32,000 bases of DNA from Candidatus Brocadia sp. (GCA_021650915.1 CP091279.1:2670001-2702000); one strand, 5' to 3'. Shown: positions 8,385-17,147, counted from the first letter of the stretch. Program-made: numbers and translations. Notes: a model not told the origin generated them from the letters alone.

Positions 8385-10021
8385 TGCGCAGCCATAACGA
8401 TACAAAGCCTGAGATGCACAGAGGGGATTGGGTCATTACCGGTGCGGTTTTGCTTCTGACCATGGTCGTAACGCTGAGCGGGTGCGCCGTGGGCCCCGAC
8501 TTTGTGAAACCGGAAGCCAGGGTTCAGGAAAGCTGGAGCGAGAAGGGCGATTCACGGGTTGCGACTCAGACCGCCGTTGATAGCCAGTGGTGGAAAGTCT
8601 TTCAGGACCCGACGTTCGATCAGCTCATCAAGCTCGCCTGCCAGCAAAACCTGCCGTTACAGATTACCGGTCTGAGAATTCTGGAAGCCCGCGCCCGGTT
8701 AGGCATTGCCATCGGCCGTCAGTTTCCCCAGCAACAAGAGGTATTTGGCGGTGTAACCAGGGAGGAGATCAGCGATAATGCGCCGAATAGTTCCTTCCGG
8801 GACCAAAATTATCTGGATTATCAGGTGGGCTTTGATGCGGTCTGGGAACTGGATTTCTGGGGCAAGTTTCGTCGGGACGTGCAAGCAGCCCATGCCACGC
8901 TGATCTCTTCGGAGGCCGACTACGACGACGCCCTTGTCTCGCTCACTGCGGAAGTCGCCCGCACCTATACGGTGATTCGAACCTTTGAGGTGCTCATTGA
9001 ACTAACCAGAAAAAACGCCAAAGTTCAGGAGGAAGGGCTGGAGATTGCCGAGTCTCGCTTCCGTAATGGGGTCAACACGGAGCTGGATGTGGCCCAGGCC
9101 CGCACGTTACTGGAAAGTACCCGGGCTTCCATACCAACCCTGCAAAGCGGGCTGCGGCAGGCCCAGAATGCCCTGAGCACGTTGCTGGGGCAACCGCCAG
9201 GCGCAATTGAGGCCGTGCTGGATGGACACAAAGGAATTCCCACGGCGCCTGCAGAAGTGGCCATCAGCGTACCGGCTGAATTGCTGCGGCGGCGCCCGGA
9301 TATCCGCAGCGCGGAGCTTTCCGCCGCTGCGCAGTGTGCCCGTATTGGCATTGCCAAAGCGGATCTCTATCCCAGCTTTTCGCTTTTGGGAGAGATCGGG
9401 TTTCAGAGCAGCAGTGAAGGCGGGGTTCAGTCCAACCGTGCAGACCTTGACAATCTGTTTGACTCAAGCAGCTTTTACTATGCCTTTGGCCCGCAGGTTA
9501 AGCTGCCCTTTTTCAATTACGGACGTATCGAGAACAATGTGCGCGTCCAGGACGCGCGGTTCCAGCAGTTGCTCGTCAACTACAAAAACACGGTGCTCAG
9601 GGCAGCCCAGGAATCGGAAGACGCCCTGATCGGCTTCCTTAAAGCCCAGGAAGCCACGGCCTTTGTGCAAAACTCCGCTCATGCCGCCCAGCGGTCGGTG
9701 GAGATAGCCCTGATTCAGTATCGGGAAGGAGCCGTGGACTATCAGCGCGTGCTGGATACGCAGCGCGCTTTATTGCAGGAGGAGATTCGTCTGGCCGAGA
9801 CGCGCTCGTCCATTGCCACAAATTTGATTGCCCTTTACAAGGCGTTGGGCGGAGGGTGGGAATTGCGGCAGGGTCAATCCGTTATATCGGAAAGTATGCA
9901 AGCCGAGATGCAAAAGCGGACCGACTGGGGTAAGTTGTTGCCGCCGCCGTCACCAAAGCCGGAAAATTTAAATCCGCTGCCGGCCCGGGACGTACCGATT
10001 ATAAAAAAACCTTACTGGTGA
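8384..10021 (+). CDS. Efflux transporter outer-membrane factor lipoprotein, NodT family
   Basis: Lipobox LSGC follows a signal sequence, and the protein has two TolC-like repeats. GGGAGG lies 7 nt upstream of ATG 8384, which overlaps the HlyD stop codon (TGATG). A TTG at 8381 is an alternative start. Confidence 0.85.
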   Translation: MRSHNDTKPEMHRGDWVITGAVLLLTMVVTLSGCAVGPDFVKPEARVQESWSEKGDSRVATQTAVDSQWWKVFQDPTFDQLIKLACQQNLPLQITGLRILEARARLGIAIGRQFPQQQEVFGGVTREEISDNAPNSSFRDQNYLDYQVGFDAVWELDFWGKFRRDVQAAHATLISSEADYDDALVSLTAEVARTYTVIRTFEVLIELTRKNAKVQEEGLEIAESRFRNGVNTELDVAQARTLLESTRASIPTLQSGLRQAQNALSTLLGQPPGAIEAVLDGHKGIPTAPAEVAISVPAELLRRRPDIRSAELSAAAQCARIGIAKADLYPSFSLLGEIGFQSSSEGGVQSNRADLDNLFDSSSFYYAFGPQVKLPFFNYGRIENNVRVQDARFQQLLVNYKNTVLRAAQESEDALIGFLKAQEATAFVQNSAHAAQRSVEIALIQYREGAVDYQRVLDTQRALLQEEIRLAETRSSIATNLIALYKALGGGWELRQGQSVISESMQAEMQKRTDWGKLLPPPSPKPENLNPLPARDVPIIKKPYW

Positions 10022-10117
10022 TGACTTCTGCCGCTGATCTTCGCGTCATCCGCTTTAGAAGCCTGACGAAGGAGAGGCGATATAATAACGGTGCGATGTG
10101 TAAAATTGCATAGATGT

Positions 10118-10302
10118 GTAGGGATTTCAAAGTTGTTGCAGACAGAAGAGATTCTTCGTTCTCCATTGAAAAGTAGTACGCCGAATATTGAATATCGAAC
10201 AAGGAATGTTAAATGACGAGGTATTTTTACTTCATTATTCGATATTCCTTGTTCTGCGGTTCGATGTTCTCTTTAAAATAAGCTGCCGAAGGCCTAATTC
10301 AA
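10118..10302 (+). repeat. RE copy 2
   Basis: It aligns with 5598-5788 and lies inside the efflux operon, between the OMF and ABC genes. Confidence 0.85.
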
Positions 10303-10332
10303 AGAAACTTATTAAATAAGTACACCAGCAAG

Positions 10333-10506
10333 TGTCATTGCGAGGGCGATAGCCCGAAGCAATCCCAGGATCTAGTATACAGACATATTAATTACGAATT
10401 ATATATTGTGGACAATTATAGTTATATAGTGCTGCAAAACAGCATTTATATGTTTCGTTATTAATATGTCTGTACACTAGATTGCTTCGCTTCGCTCGCA
10501 ATGACA
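10333..10506. repeat. 174-bp imperfect palindrome: arms 10333-10398 and 10454-10506, each a GTCATTGCGAG..GAAGCAATC unit plus ATCTAGT(A/G)TACAGACATATTAAT, around an AT-rich centre
   Basis: The arms were read directly as reverse complements, apart from differences in the variable centre of the unit and a 5-nt CCAGG gap. The centre holds the small hairpin TGCTG-CAAAA-CAGCA. Confidence 0.8.
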
Positions 10507-10530
10507 ACTTATTTAAGCGTTTACTATAGC
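10480..10530 (+). repeat. RH copy 2 (its hairpin unit doubles as the right arm end of the 174-bp palindrome)
   Basis: GATTGCTTCGCTTCGCTCGCAATGACAACTTATTTAAGCGTTTACTATAGC aligns with 5456-5512. Confidence 0.6.
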
Positions 10531-10562
10531 TAATACTCAATAATTAGGAGGATATCTGATCC

Positions 10563-13349
10563 ATGGCGTCTCCCGCCTCTCAATCAACTAGCGCGCCGGT
10601 GGTTTCCATAAAAGACGTTACCCATCGCTATGGAAGCGTTGTGGCGCTCGACGGCATTTCCCTTGATATTCCCAGCGGCCTCATGGTAGGCATCATCGGG
10701 CCTGACGGTGTCGGCAAGTCCACGCTTATGGCTATCGTTGCAGGATCCAAAAAATTGCAGGAGGGGAACGTGACTGTCCTGGGCGGCGATATCGCCGATG
10801 CCCGGCATCGGGGCGCCGTGTGCCCGCAGATTGCCTATATGCCCCAGGGACTGGGCAAGAACCTCTACCTGGAGCTCAGCGTTCATGAGAACGTTGACTT
10901 TATGGCAAGACTCTTCGGACTCTCAGCCGCGGAGCGTCCGACCCGCATTAAAGAGCTGCTTGATGCCACCGGACTCGGCCCGTTTCCCGAACGTCCCGCT
11001 GGCAAGCTCTCGGGCGGTATGAAACAAAAGGTAGGGCTCTGCGGCGCATTGGTTCACGAACCGGACCTGCTTATTCTCGACGAGCCGACTACTGGCGTTG
11101 ACCCGCTCTCGCGGCGGCAATTCTGGACGCTCATTGACGACATTCGCAAGGGCCGCCCTGGCATGAGCGTCGTCATTTCCACTGCTTACATGGACGAGGC
11201 GCAACAGTGGGACTGGATCGTTGCAATGGATGCCGGCCGGGTGCTGGCGACAGGAACACCAGCGGAGCTGATGAAACGGACGAACACCAGGGATTTGGAG
11301 CAATGCTTCATCGCCCTGCTGCCGGAGGAGAAACGCGCCGGCCATAAAGAGATTACCATCCCGCCGCGCGTAGACGCCAAATCGGAGATCGTTATCGAGG
11401 CCAAAGACCTGACGCGCCGCTTTGGCAGCTTCACCGCGGTTGACCACGTCAGCCTGTCGATCGAACGCGGCGAAATCTTCGGCTTCCTGGGCTCCAACGG
11501 TTGCGGTAAGTCCACAACCATGAAGATGTTGACGGGGCTGCTGCCCCCCACGGAAGGGACTGCAGCGCTCTTCGGCGGCCAGTCGATCGAAGCCGGGAGC
11601 ATCGAGGTGCGGAATCACATCGGCTACATGACCCAGGCGTTTTCACTTTACGGCGAACTAAGCGTGCGCCAGAACCTGGTGCTTGATGCGCGCTTGTATC
11701 ACATCCCTCCCGATAAGGCCAAAGCGCGTATCGAGGAGCTGGTGGATAAATTTGGTCTGCGCGCACATCTTGATTCATTGGCAGAAGACCTGCCGCTGGG
11801 CATGCGCCAGCGGCTTTCGCTGGCGGTCGCCGTTCTGCACGAGCCGGAATTGCTGATTCTGGATGAGCCCACGTCGGGGGTTGACCCGGTGGCCAGGGAC
11901 AGCTTCTGGGAACTCCTGATCGATCTTTCGCGGAAACAGGGCGTGACGATTTTCGTTACCACGCATTTTATGAATGAAGCGATGCGCTGCGACAGGATTT
12001 CGCTGATGCACGCGGGTAAGGTGCTGGCGTGCGACGCTCCGCAGAAGCTGATCGGGGAGCGCGGCGCTGATACCCTTGAGGACGCCTTCATCGGCTACAT
12101 GGAAGACGCTATTGGCGATGCTGCGGCCAAAGACGAAAGCAAGGACAAGGCAACGGTCAGCGCACCCCCGGCGGCCGTGCAGCCTGCAACTCAGCCAGCG
12201 TCTCCGGAGCGCCGTACGAGCTGGTTCAGTCTTGTTCGCATGCTTGCCTACACGAACAATGAGGCTATGCAGATCCGCCGCGATCCGGTGCGTCTGGCCT
12301 TTGCCTTCATTGGTTCAGCATTGCTGATGCTCGTCTTCGGCTTTGGGATCACCTCAGACGTTGAGCATGTTCGCTATGCCTCATTCGATCTCGATCACTC
12401 GCCGGAAAGCCGTACGTATCTGGAACAGTTCGCAGGTTCTCAGCGTTACTTCACCCTTACGCCGCCAATCAGGTCAGCCGAAGAGGCGCTGGAACGGCTG
12501 CAATCAAATAACATCTCGCTGGTTGTTGAAGTTCCGCCGGATTTTGGCAGGGATTTCCGCAGGGGTTCCTCGCCGGATATCTCGGTGGCGGTGGATGGGG
12601 CAGACCCGTACCGTGGGGAGACCATTGCACAGTATGCGAAAGGGGTGCACGATACCCTGATGAACGACCCCGCAAGCGAACTGTCCTCGGGTCCTGATAA
12701 GTACACTGCCAAACTCCAGACGCGTTTCATGTACAATCCCACCTTTGAAAGCATCTATTCGATTGTGCCGAGTGTTCCTTCTCTTCTGCTGGTGCTGATA
12801 CCGGCGGTGCTTATGGCGGTCAGCGTCGTGCGTGAGAAAGAGCTTGGCTCAATCATCAACTTCTATGTCACGCCGACCGGCAGGCTGGAATATCTCATGG
12901 GAAAGCAACTCCCCTACATTGTGATTGGCATGATGAACTACTTTATCCTGGTCGTTATGGCGCTCGTCATCTTTGGCGTTCCTATCAAGGGAAGTTTCCT
13001 CATGCTGACGATGTGCACGCTGCTGTACCTTATTGTGACAACCAGCATCGGGATGTTAATCTCGACGTTTACGAGCAGCCAGGTGGCGGCCGTCTTCGTC
13101 ACCGCGATTCTGACCATTTTACCGACCACCCAATTTTCCGGATTGTTACAGCCGGTTTCGACACTTGAGGGCCGGGCCAGGTTCATTGGCTCAATCTGGC
13201 CGACAACGTACTACATGCACGCCAGCGTGGGTGCATACACCAAGGGACTCGGCCCCGGTCTCCTGATGCAGGACATCATTTTTCTGGCATGTTGCATCCC
13301 GGTTCTCCTGACGGTAAGTGTTGTGAATATGAGAAAGCAGGAGAAATAG
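10563..13349 (+). CDS. RbbA-like ABC transporter: two ATP-binding domains fused to a C-terminal ABC-2 permease domain
   Basis: 928 aa. Walker A motifs GPDGVGKST and GSNGCGKST; signature motifs LSGGMKQKV and LPLGMRQRL; Walker B LLILDEPT twice; a C-terminal multi-TM region. The architecture matches E. coli RbbA (YhiH). AGGAGG lies upstream. Confidence 0.85.
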   Translation: MASPASQSTSAPVVSIKDVTHRYGSVVALDGISLDIPSGLMVGIIGPDGVGKSTLMAIVAGSKKLQEGNVTVLGGDIADARHRGAVCPQIAYMPQGLGKNLYLELSVHENVDFMARLFGLSAAERPTRIKELLDATGLGPFPERPAGKLSGGMKQKVGLCGALVHEPDLLILDEPTTGVDPLSRRQFWTLIDDIRKGRPGMSVVISTAYMDEAQQWDWIVAMDAGRVLATGTPAELMKRTNTRDLEQCFIALLPEEKRAGHKEITIPPRVDAKSEIVIEAKDLTRRFGSFTAVDHVSLSIERGEIFGFLGSNGCGKSTTMKMLTGLLPPTEGTAALFGGQSIEAGSIEVRNHIGYMTQAFSLYGELSVRQNLVLDARLYHIPPDKAKARIEELVDKFGLRAHLDSLAEDLPLGMRQRLSLAVAVLHEPELLILDEPTSGVDPVARDSFWELLIDLSRKQGVTIFVTTHFMNEAMRCDRISLMHAGKVLACDAPQKLIGERGADTLEDAFIGYMEDAIGDAAAKDESKDKATVSAPPAAVQPATQPASPERRTSWFSLVRMLAYTNNEAMQIRRDPVRLAFAFIGSALLMLVFGFGITSDVEHVRYASFDLDHSPESRTYLEQFAGSQRYFTLTPPIRSAEEALERLQSNNISLVVEVPPDFGRDFRRGSSPDISVAVDGADPYRGETIAQYAKGVHDTLMNDPASELSSGPDKYTAKLQTRFMYNPTFESIYSIVPSVPSLLLVLIPAVLMAVSVVREKELGSIINFYVTPTGRLEYLMGKQLPYIVIGMMNYFILVVMALVIFGVPIKGSFLMLTMCTLLYLIVTTSIGMLISTFTSSQVAAVFVTAILTILPTTQFSGLLQPVSTLEGRARFIGSIWPTTYYMHASVGAYTKGLGPGLLMQDIIFLACCIPVLLTVSVVNMRKQEK

Positions 13350-13351
13350 CG

Positions 13352-14476
13352 ATGAGGTCACTCCTGAACATCCTCTGGCTTGGACTCAAGGAAATCGCCA
13401 GCCTGCTGAGCGACATTGTAATGGTAATTTTCCTCTGCTATGCGTTCACGATGGCGATCTACGTCCAGGCGACGGGCACTTCGACTCAGGTCAACAACGC
13501 ATCGATCGCCTTTGTGGACGAGGACGGTTCCGCCTTGTCCAAGGAGCTGTTCAATGCCTTCCTGCCGCCGTATTTTCAGAACCCCCGGTATATTGAGGCC
13601 AGGGAGGTAGAAGATGCAATGGACAGGGGCGAGTTTATGTTCGTGGTTGCGATCCCAACTCTGTTTGAATTGGATCTTCGCGCCGGGCGGAATCCGGACG
13701 TTCAGGTGAACGTAGACGCGACGGCAATGAAGCAGGCCGGTATTGGCGCGGACTACATTAAGAATATCATCAATCAGCGCATCGCAACTTTTCTCAAACG
13801 CACGGACGAGAAGGCACGAGAGCCGGTCAATCTGATTGTTCGGCGGATGTTCAATCCAAACGGCATCTCCTCCTGGTTTACCAGCATCGTGGCCATTATC
13901 AATCAGGTGACCCTGTTAACGGTAGTCCTGACGGGCGCGGCAGTGATCCGGGAACGCGAGCACGGGACGCTGGAACACCTGCTGGTGATGCCGCTTTCCG
14001 CATTTGAAATCGCCATGGCGAAGGTATGGGCAAACGGACTGATGATTCTCATCGCGACGGGTTTTTCGCTCTTTCTGATCGTGAAGGCTGTGCTGCAGGT
14101 GCCGTTCGCCGGCTCGATTCCCCTGTGGTTCTGCGGGGTTGTGCTCTATCTGTTCTACACGACAGCGCTGGGGATATTCCTCGGCACGATTTCGCGGTCC
14201 ATGGCGCAGTTTGCGCTCCTGATCGTTCTGGTCGTCGTCCTGATGCAGCTTCTTTCGGGCGGCACGACGCCTATCGAGAGCCAGCCCCGGTGGCTGCAAT
14301 ACATAACGTTCTTCCTGCCTACACGGCATTTTGTCAGCTTCTCCCAGGTGATCATCTATCGGGGCGGCGGCTTGAGCGCCGTGTGGTTGCAGTTCCTCGT
14401 GGTGTCTGCCATCGGCCTTGCGTTCTTTGCGTATAGCCTGGTGCTTTTCCGGAAATCAATCGCGGTGACGAAGTAG
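13352..14476 (+). CDS. ABC-2 type transporter permease (YhhJ-like)
   Basis: ATG 13352 lies 2 nt after the upstream stop codon. The longer ORF starting at 13289 would overlap the RbbA-like gene. The protein has a large periplasmic loop followed by multiple TM helices. Confidence 0.8.
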   Translation: MRSLLNILWLGLKEIASLLSDIVMVIFLCYAFTMAIYVQATGTSTQVNNASIAFVDEDGSALSKELFNAFLPPYFQNPRYIEAREVEDAMDRGEFMFVVAIPTLFELDLRAGRNPDVQVNVDATAMKQAGIGADYIKNIINQRIATFLKRTDEKAREPVNLIVRRMFNPNGISSWFTSIVAIINQVTLLTVVLTGAAVIREREHGTLEHLLVMPLSAFEIAMAKVWANGLMILIATGFSLFLIVKAVLQVPFAGSIPLWFCGVVLYLFYTTALGIFLGTISRSMAQFALLIVLVVVLMQLLSGGTTPIESQPRWLQYITFFLPTRHFVSFSQVIIYRGGGLSAVWLQFLVVSAIGLAFFAYSLVLFRKSIAVTK

Positions 14477-14477
14477 G

Positions 14478-14497
14478 TTCCGGAAAATTCTCCGGAA
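14478..14497 (+). terminator. Hairpin TTCCGGA-AAATTC-TCCGGAA immediately after the permease stop codon; possible operon terminator (no clear U-tract)
   Basis: A perfect 7-bp stem with a 6-nt loop starts 2 nt after the stop codon. Confidence 0.25.
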
Positions 14498-14508
14498 TAC
14501 TCTAAAAA

Positions 14509-14555
14509 GAGGGTGTTGCATGCAGTGCAGGGGCAGGTTTCAAACCTGCCCCCAG
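14509..14555 (+). repeat. RB hairpin unit, truncated copy (GGGTGTTGCATGCAGTGCAGGGGCAGGTTTCAAACCTGCCCCC)
   Basis: Matches 15464-15507 and 6797-6845; it lacks terminal inverted repeats. Confidence 0.7.
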
Positions 14556-14606
14556 GGATAGTTGAAGTGGTGAAGAAATCCAATCCACCCCCTACCCCCA
14601 TACGTG

Positions 14607-14657
14607 TTAAGTTAAGCGATTGGGTTGGGTGGCAAGGACAAACCTGTCTGCGTGTTC
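14607..14657 (+). repeat. RF copy 2
   Basis: Aligns with 5537-5587. It sits between CCACCCCCTACCCCC (14585-14599) and the inverted repeat IR-L (14738-14768). Confidence 0.6.
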
Positions 14658-14737
14658 CGCACGGGCAGGCTTTGTTTATCAGTGCATTACTTGCGACACA
14701 CAACGGCATAAAATCCACCAGAAACGTGGCTGACCAG

Positions 14738-14768
14738 TGTCCCCCGCTGGCGGGGGTGTAGGGGGTGG
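14738..14768 (+). repeat. IR-L of the DUF559 cassette: TGTCCCCCGCTGGCGGGGGTGTAGGGGGTGG
   Basis: Its reverse complement equals 15186-15215 except for one A. It is the same module as the right half of RD copy 2 (30996-31026). Confidence 0.85.
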
Positions 14769-14786
14769 AAAAGGAATACGAAAACA

Positions 14787-15180
14787 ATGCGGGAAAAACC
14801 AAAAGCCGATGAAACCAATAATTACGTCTACAACAAATGGTTGCAACCGTTTGCAAACAACCTGCGTAAGAAAATGACGAAAACAGAGGCTTGCCTGTGA
14901 AAATATGCCCTGCGTGCCGGAGGTCAAGGGTTATCAATTCAGGAGGCAAAGGCCCGTGCTGCATACATTGCGGACTTTCTTTGTAAAGAATTAAAGCTGG
15001 TAATTGAGATTGACGAGATAACTCATTTAGACGGTGAAACTGGGGAAAAAGATAAACAGAAGACCCGCACACTTGAAAGCGCTGGATTTATCATAATCAG
15101 GTTTACAGACGAAGATGTATTGAAACATGCGAGCGGTGTTATGCAGAGGATTGAAAAGATGGCAGACGCTATCGGGCTGT
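14787..15180 (+). pseudogene. DUF559 (Vsr-like PD-(D/E)xK endonuclease fold) pseudogene
   Basis: The translation NNLRKKMTKTEACL*KY..YIADFLCKELKLVIEIDEITHLDGE..KDKQKTRTLESAGFIIIRFTDEDVLKH matches the DUF559 pattern. There is an in-frame TGA at 14898-14900 where Trp is expected. The KGYQFRRQRPVLH block is readable only in another frame, which implies two frameshifts. Confidence 0.75.
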
Positions 15181-15185
15181 CCAGT

Positions 15186-15215
15186 CCACCCCCTACCCCC
15201 CGCCAGCGGGGGACA
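15186..15215 (-). repeat. IR-R of the DUF559 cassette: CCACCCCCTACCCCCCGCCAGCGGGGGACA
   Basis: An inverted copy of 14738-14768. It begins about 6 nt after the end of DUF559 homology. Confidence 0.85.
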
Positions 15216-15308
15216 ATTACGGATGTTTTGGTGGGGTGCTTGTGCCAGAACAAAGAGTTGGTGGTAATTCTCGTGCAGCGTTCTACAAACATGTCTACCT
15301 ATGTTACT

Positions 15309-15335
15309 GTCATTGCGAGCGACAGCGAAGCAATC
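15309..15335 (+). repeat. Solo hairpin unit GTCATTGCGAGCGACAGCGAAGCAATC
   Basis: Same unit as in RA, RH and the 174-bp palindrome. Confidence 0.6.
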
Positions 15336-15421
15336 TTCAGTCTTTCTCCAGGCTGGTTCAATCTTGCAGATTGAACCATAACATTCCGGTTCAGGCTGCG
15401 ATCCTGAATCAGCAGGAGAAA

Positions 15422-15556
15422 TTAACAATCATTGAATTTTTTTTGAAAATTTCCAAAAAATAGGGTGTTGCATGCAGCGTAGGGGCAGGTTTCAAACCTG
15501 CCCCTACAAGACAACAGTATTCCTAGAGAGAATTTTTCAAAAAACTAAAGTGTTAC
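15422..15556 (+). mobile_element. RB-type MITE, compact copy without an RA insertion (the empty site)
   Basis: Left end TTAACAATCATTGAATTTTTTTTGAAAA, cargo hairpin GTAGGGGCAGGTTTCAAACCTGCCCCTAC (15479-15507), right end ATTTTTCAAAAAACTAAAGTGTTAC. It is followed by a partial 18-bp duplication of that right end. Confidence 0.7.
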
Positions 15557-15722
15557 CAAAAAACTAAAGTGCTGCCAAGTATCTTCATTTTAGCATAAGG
15601 CGTGATTTTCAAAATCCGAATGTTTCAGTTGCGCTACATGGATTTCGCGTTATCACCTCTGTTCTTTACTGGAGCACAATGGAACCTCGGGGAAAAAGCA
15701 ATATCATTGTGATCAAGGGCAT

Positions 15723-16020
15723 ATGAAGATCTATCCCCTCAGAACCTTTGTGCGCCGAGTCCTTCTGTTCAGGCTCGGCCTTGCTACGGCCCTGATCGGG
15801 ATTGTCATTGCAGTGATCACCTATTTCACCCAAGAAATCAGGCTCAAGCGCCAGGTGGCATTTCGATCCTGATATTCTGGGCTCATTTCATACGATAGCC
15901 CGCGCGCTCTATGACCGTTACGCCGGGCACGAAAGAGACGATCTCCGTCAGGAACTTGTCAGTCTTGTAGAAAAGTGCTTCTCATCAGGGCTTGACGCGC
16001 TCCGGTACGGGTCAGACTAA
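15723..16020 (+). pseudogene. Gene remnant: a 49-codon N-terminal TM fragment (MKIYPLRTFVRRVLLFRLGLATALIGIVIAVITYF...) joined out of frame to a C-terminal fragment (..WHFDPDILGSFHTIARAL..), possibly from an HD/HD-GYP-type membrane signalling protein
   Basis: Two short ORFs in different frames meet at about 15865. The HFDP-containing tail resembles the C-terminal ends of HD-GYP domains. The family assignment is weak. Confidence 0.3.
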
Positions 16021-16038
16021 TCACGCAACTTTTTCAAT

Positions 16039-16065
16039 GTAGAGCGACGAGGCTCGTCGCTCTAC
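16039..16065. repeat. GTAG...CTAC hairpin GTAGAGCGACGA-GGC-TCGTCGCTCTAC
   Basis: A perfect 12-bp stem located 19 nt after the remnant's stop codon. Confidence 0.75.
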
Positions 16066-16297
16066 AACCGCGGTTTTATACGTCTAAACGTTAAAATTGC
16101 ATGTAATGCATCAATTTGACAAATCACATCTTCCGAGCCTTTTGGGTATAAACAGGGGCGAGTCTGTGTTTGCTGGGTATAAAAAAGTTGAAGTTTATTC
16201 TTTAAAATGGTAGATTACAAAATGGAGTATAATTACAACCAAATCCCTCTTTATCACGAGGTAACACCCACAAGCGCTAACTGATATTTGCTTTTTT

Positions 16298-16448
16298 GTA
16301 ACACTTTAGTTTTTTGAAAAATTACAATAATAACGATATTACCGCATGGTGTAGGGGCGAAGCATTTGCCATAAATTGGTATAAATGTATTCATACCCCA
16401 AGCTGGCAAATGCTTCGCCCCTACTTTTTCAAAAAACTAAAGTGTTAC
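16298..16448 (+). mobile_element. RC MITE copy 1: perfect 24-bp TIRs (GTAACACTTTAGTTTTTTGAAAAA / TTTTTCAAAAAACTAAAGTGTTAC) around a 74-bp GTAGGGGCGAAGCATTTGCC...GGCAAATGCTTCGCCCCTAC hairpin
   Basis: The TIRs are exact reverse complements. The cargo hairpin (16351-16424) has 20-bp arms. Confidence 0.85.
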
Positions 16449-16471
16449 GCTTTTTTTATCAGGTTGGGATT

Positions 16472-16499
16472 GTAGGGACACGGTGCTCCGTGTCCCTAC
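16472..16499. repeat. GTAG...CTAC hairpin GTAGGGACACGG-TGCT-CCGTGTCCCTAC
   Basis: A perfect 12-bp stem with a 4-nt loop. Confidence 0.75.
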
Positions 16500-16601
16500 T
16501 TGGTGTGGTGCATTCCCTTTGGCAACAATATAAATTCACCTGAGAGAAGGTAGCATAGGGGGTGTAAATCATTATTTACAAGTCTTTAGAGGTTATTCCT
16601 G

Positions 16602-16819
16602 GCGCAGCACAGCCGCAACCAAATTTCCTTTATGAAAGCGGGGAGATTGCTTCGGAAAAGGCCCCTCGCAATGACAGCGACCATGCACTTTTTGATGGCA
16701 CACGGCACGTTGTCATTGCGAGTAAAGCGAAGCAATCTTTCACTCATAAAAAACGGTACCTCCTGAAAGGGGTTTGTGAAAAAACTTACAAAAAAAGAAG
16801 TTTTTATACAGTAATACTA
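16602..16819 (+). mobile_element. RA copy 3, flanked by TG on the left and TA on the right
   Basis: Same family as 532-745. The left flank TTATTCC resembles the RB-MITE tail seen at the other insertion site. Confidence 0.85.
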
Positions 16820-16903
16820 TAAGCGTTAATTAATGAGTAAGTAATGGCGGATTCACCGCGTTCTTCGCAAACTCAGGACAGGCTTAGTCCACCCTCTTTT
16901 TTC

Positions 16904-17051
16904 GTAACACTTTAGTTTTTTGAAAAGGTAGGGGCGAAGCATTTGCCTGCTTGGGGTGTGAATACATGTACGCCATTTTATGGCAAATGCTTCGTCCCTA
17001 CACCGTGTGGTAACATTATTATTGTAATTTTTCAAAAAATTAAAGTGTTAC
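16904..17051 (-). mobile_element. RC MITE copy 2, with its interior inverted relative to copy 1
   Basis: It has the same TIRs. The cargo hairpin (16928-17001) and the AATAATAA..GTTACC segment are present in the opposite order. Confidence 0.85.
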
Positions 17052-17147
17052 CTTTCTTCAAACAATACCTTTTTACAGAGAACAGCCTTAATCGTGTCTC
17101 ACAAAAAACATGTTGACCTTTTTGGCAAAAAAATGAATAGACATAAT

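Noticed and set aside
5598-10302. The two ~190-bp RE copies might be a diversity-generating retroelement template/variable repeat pair.
   Set aside because: There is no reverse transcriptase nearby, both copies are intergenic, and the differences are mixed substitutions and indels rather than adenine-specific changes.
16116-16146. A perfect TTGACA hexamer followed by TATAAA in the unique AT-rich part of the island.
   Set aside because: The spacing between the two hexamers is 25 nt, too long for a sigma70 promoter, and no gene or recognisable RNA lies downstream.
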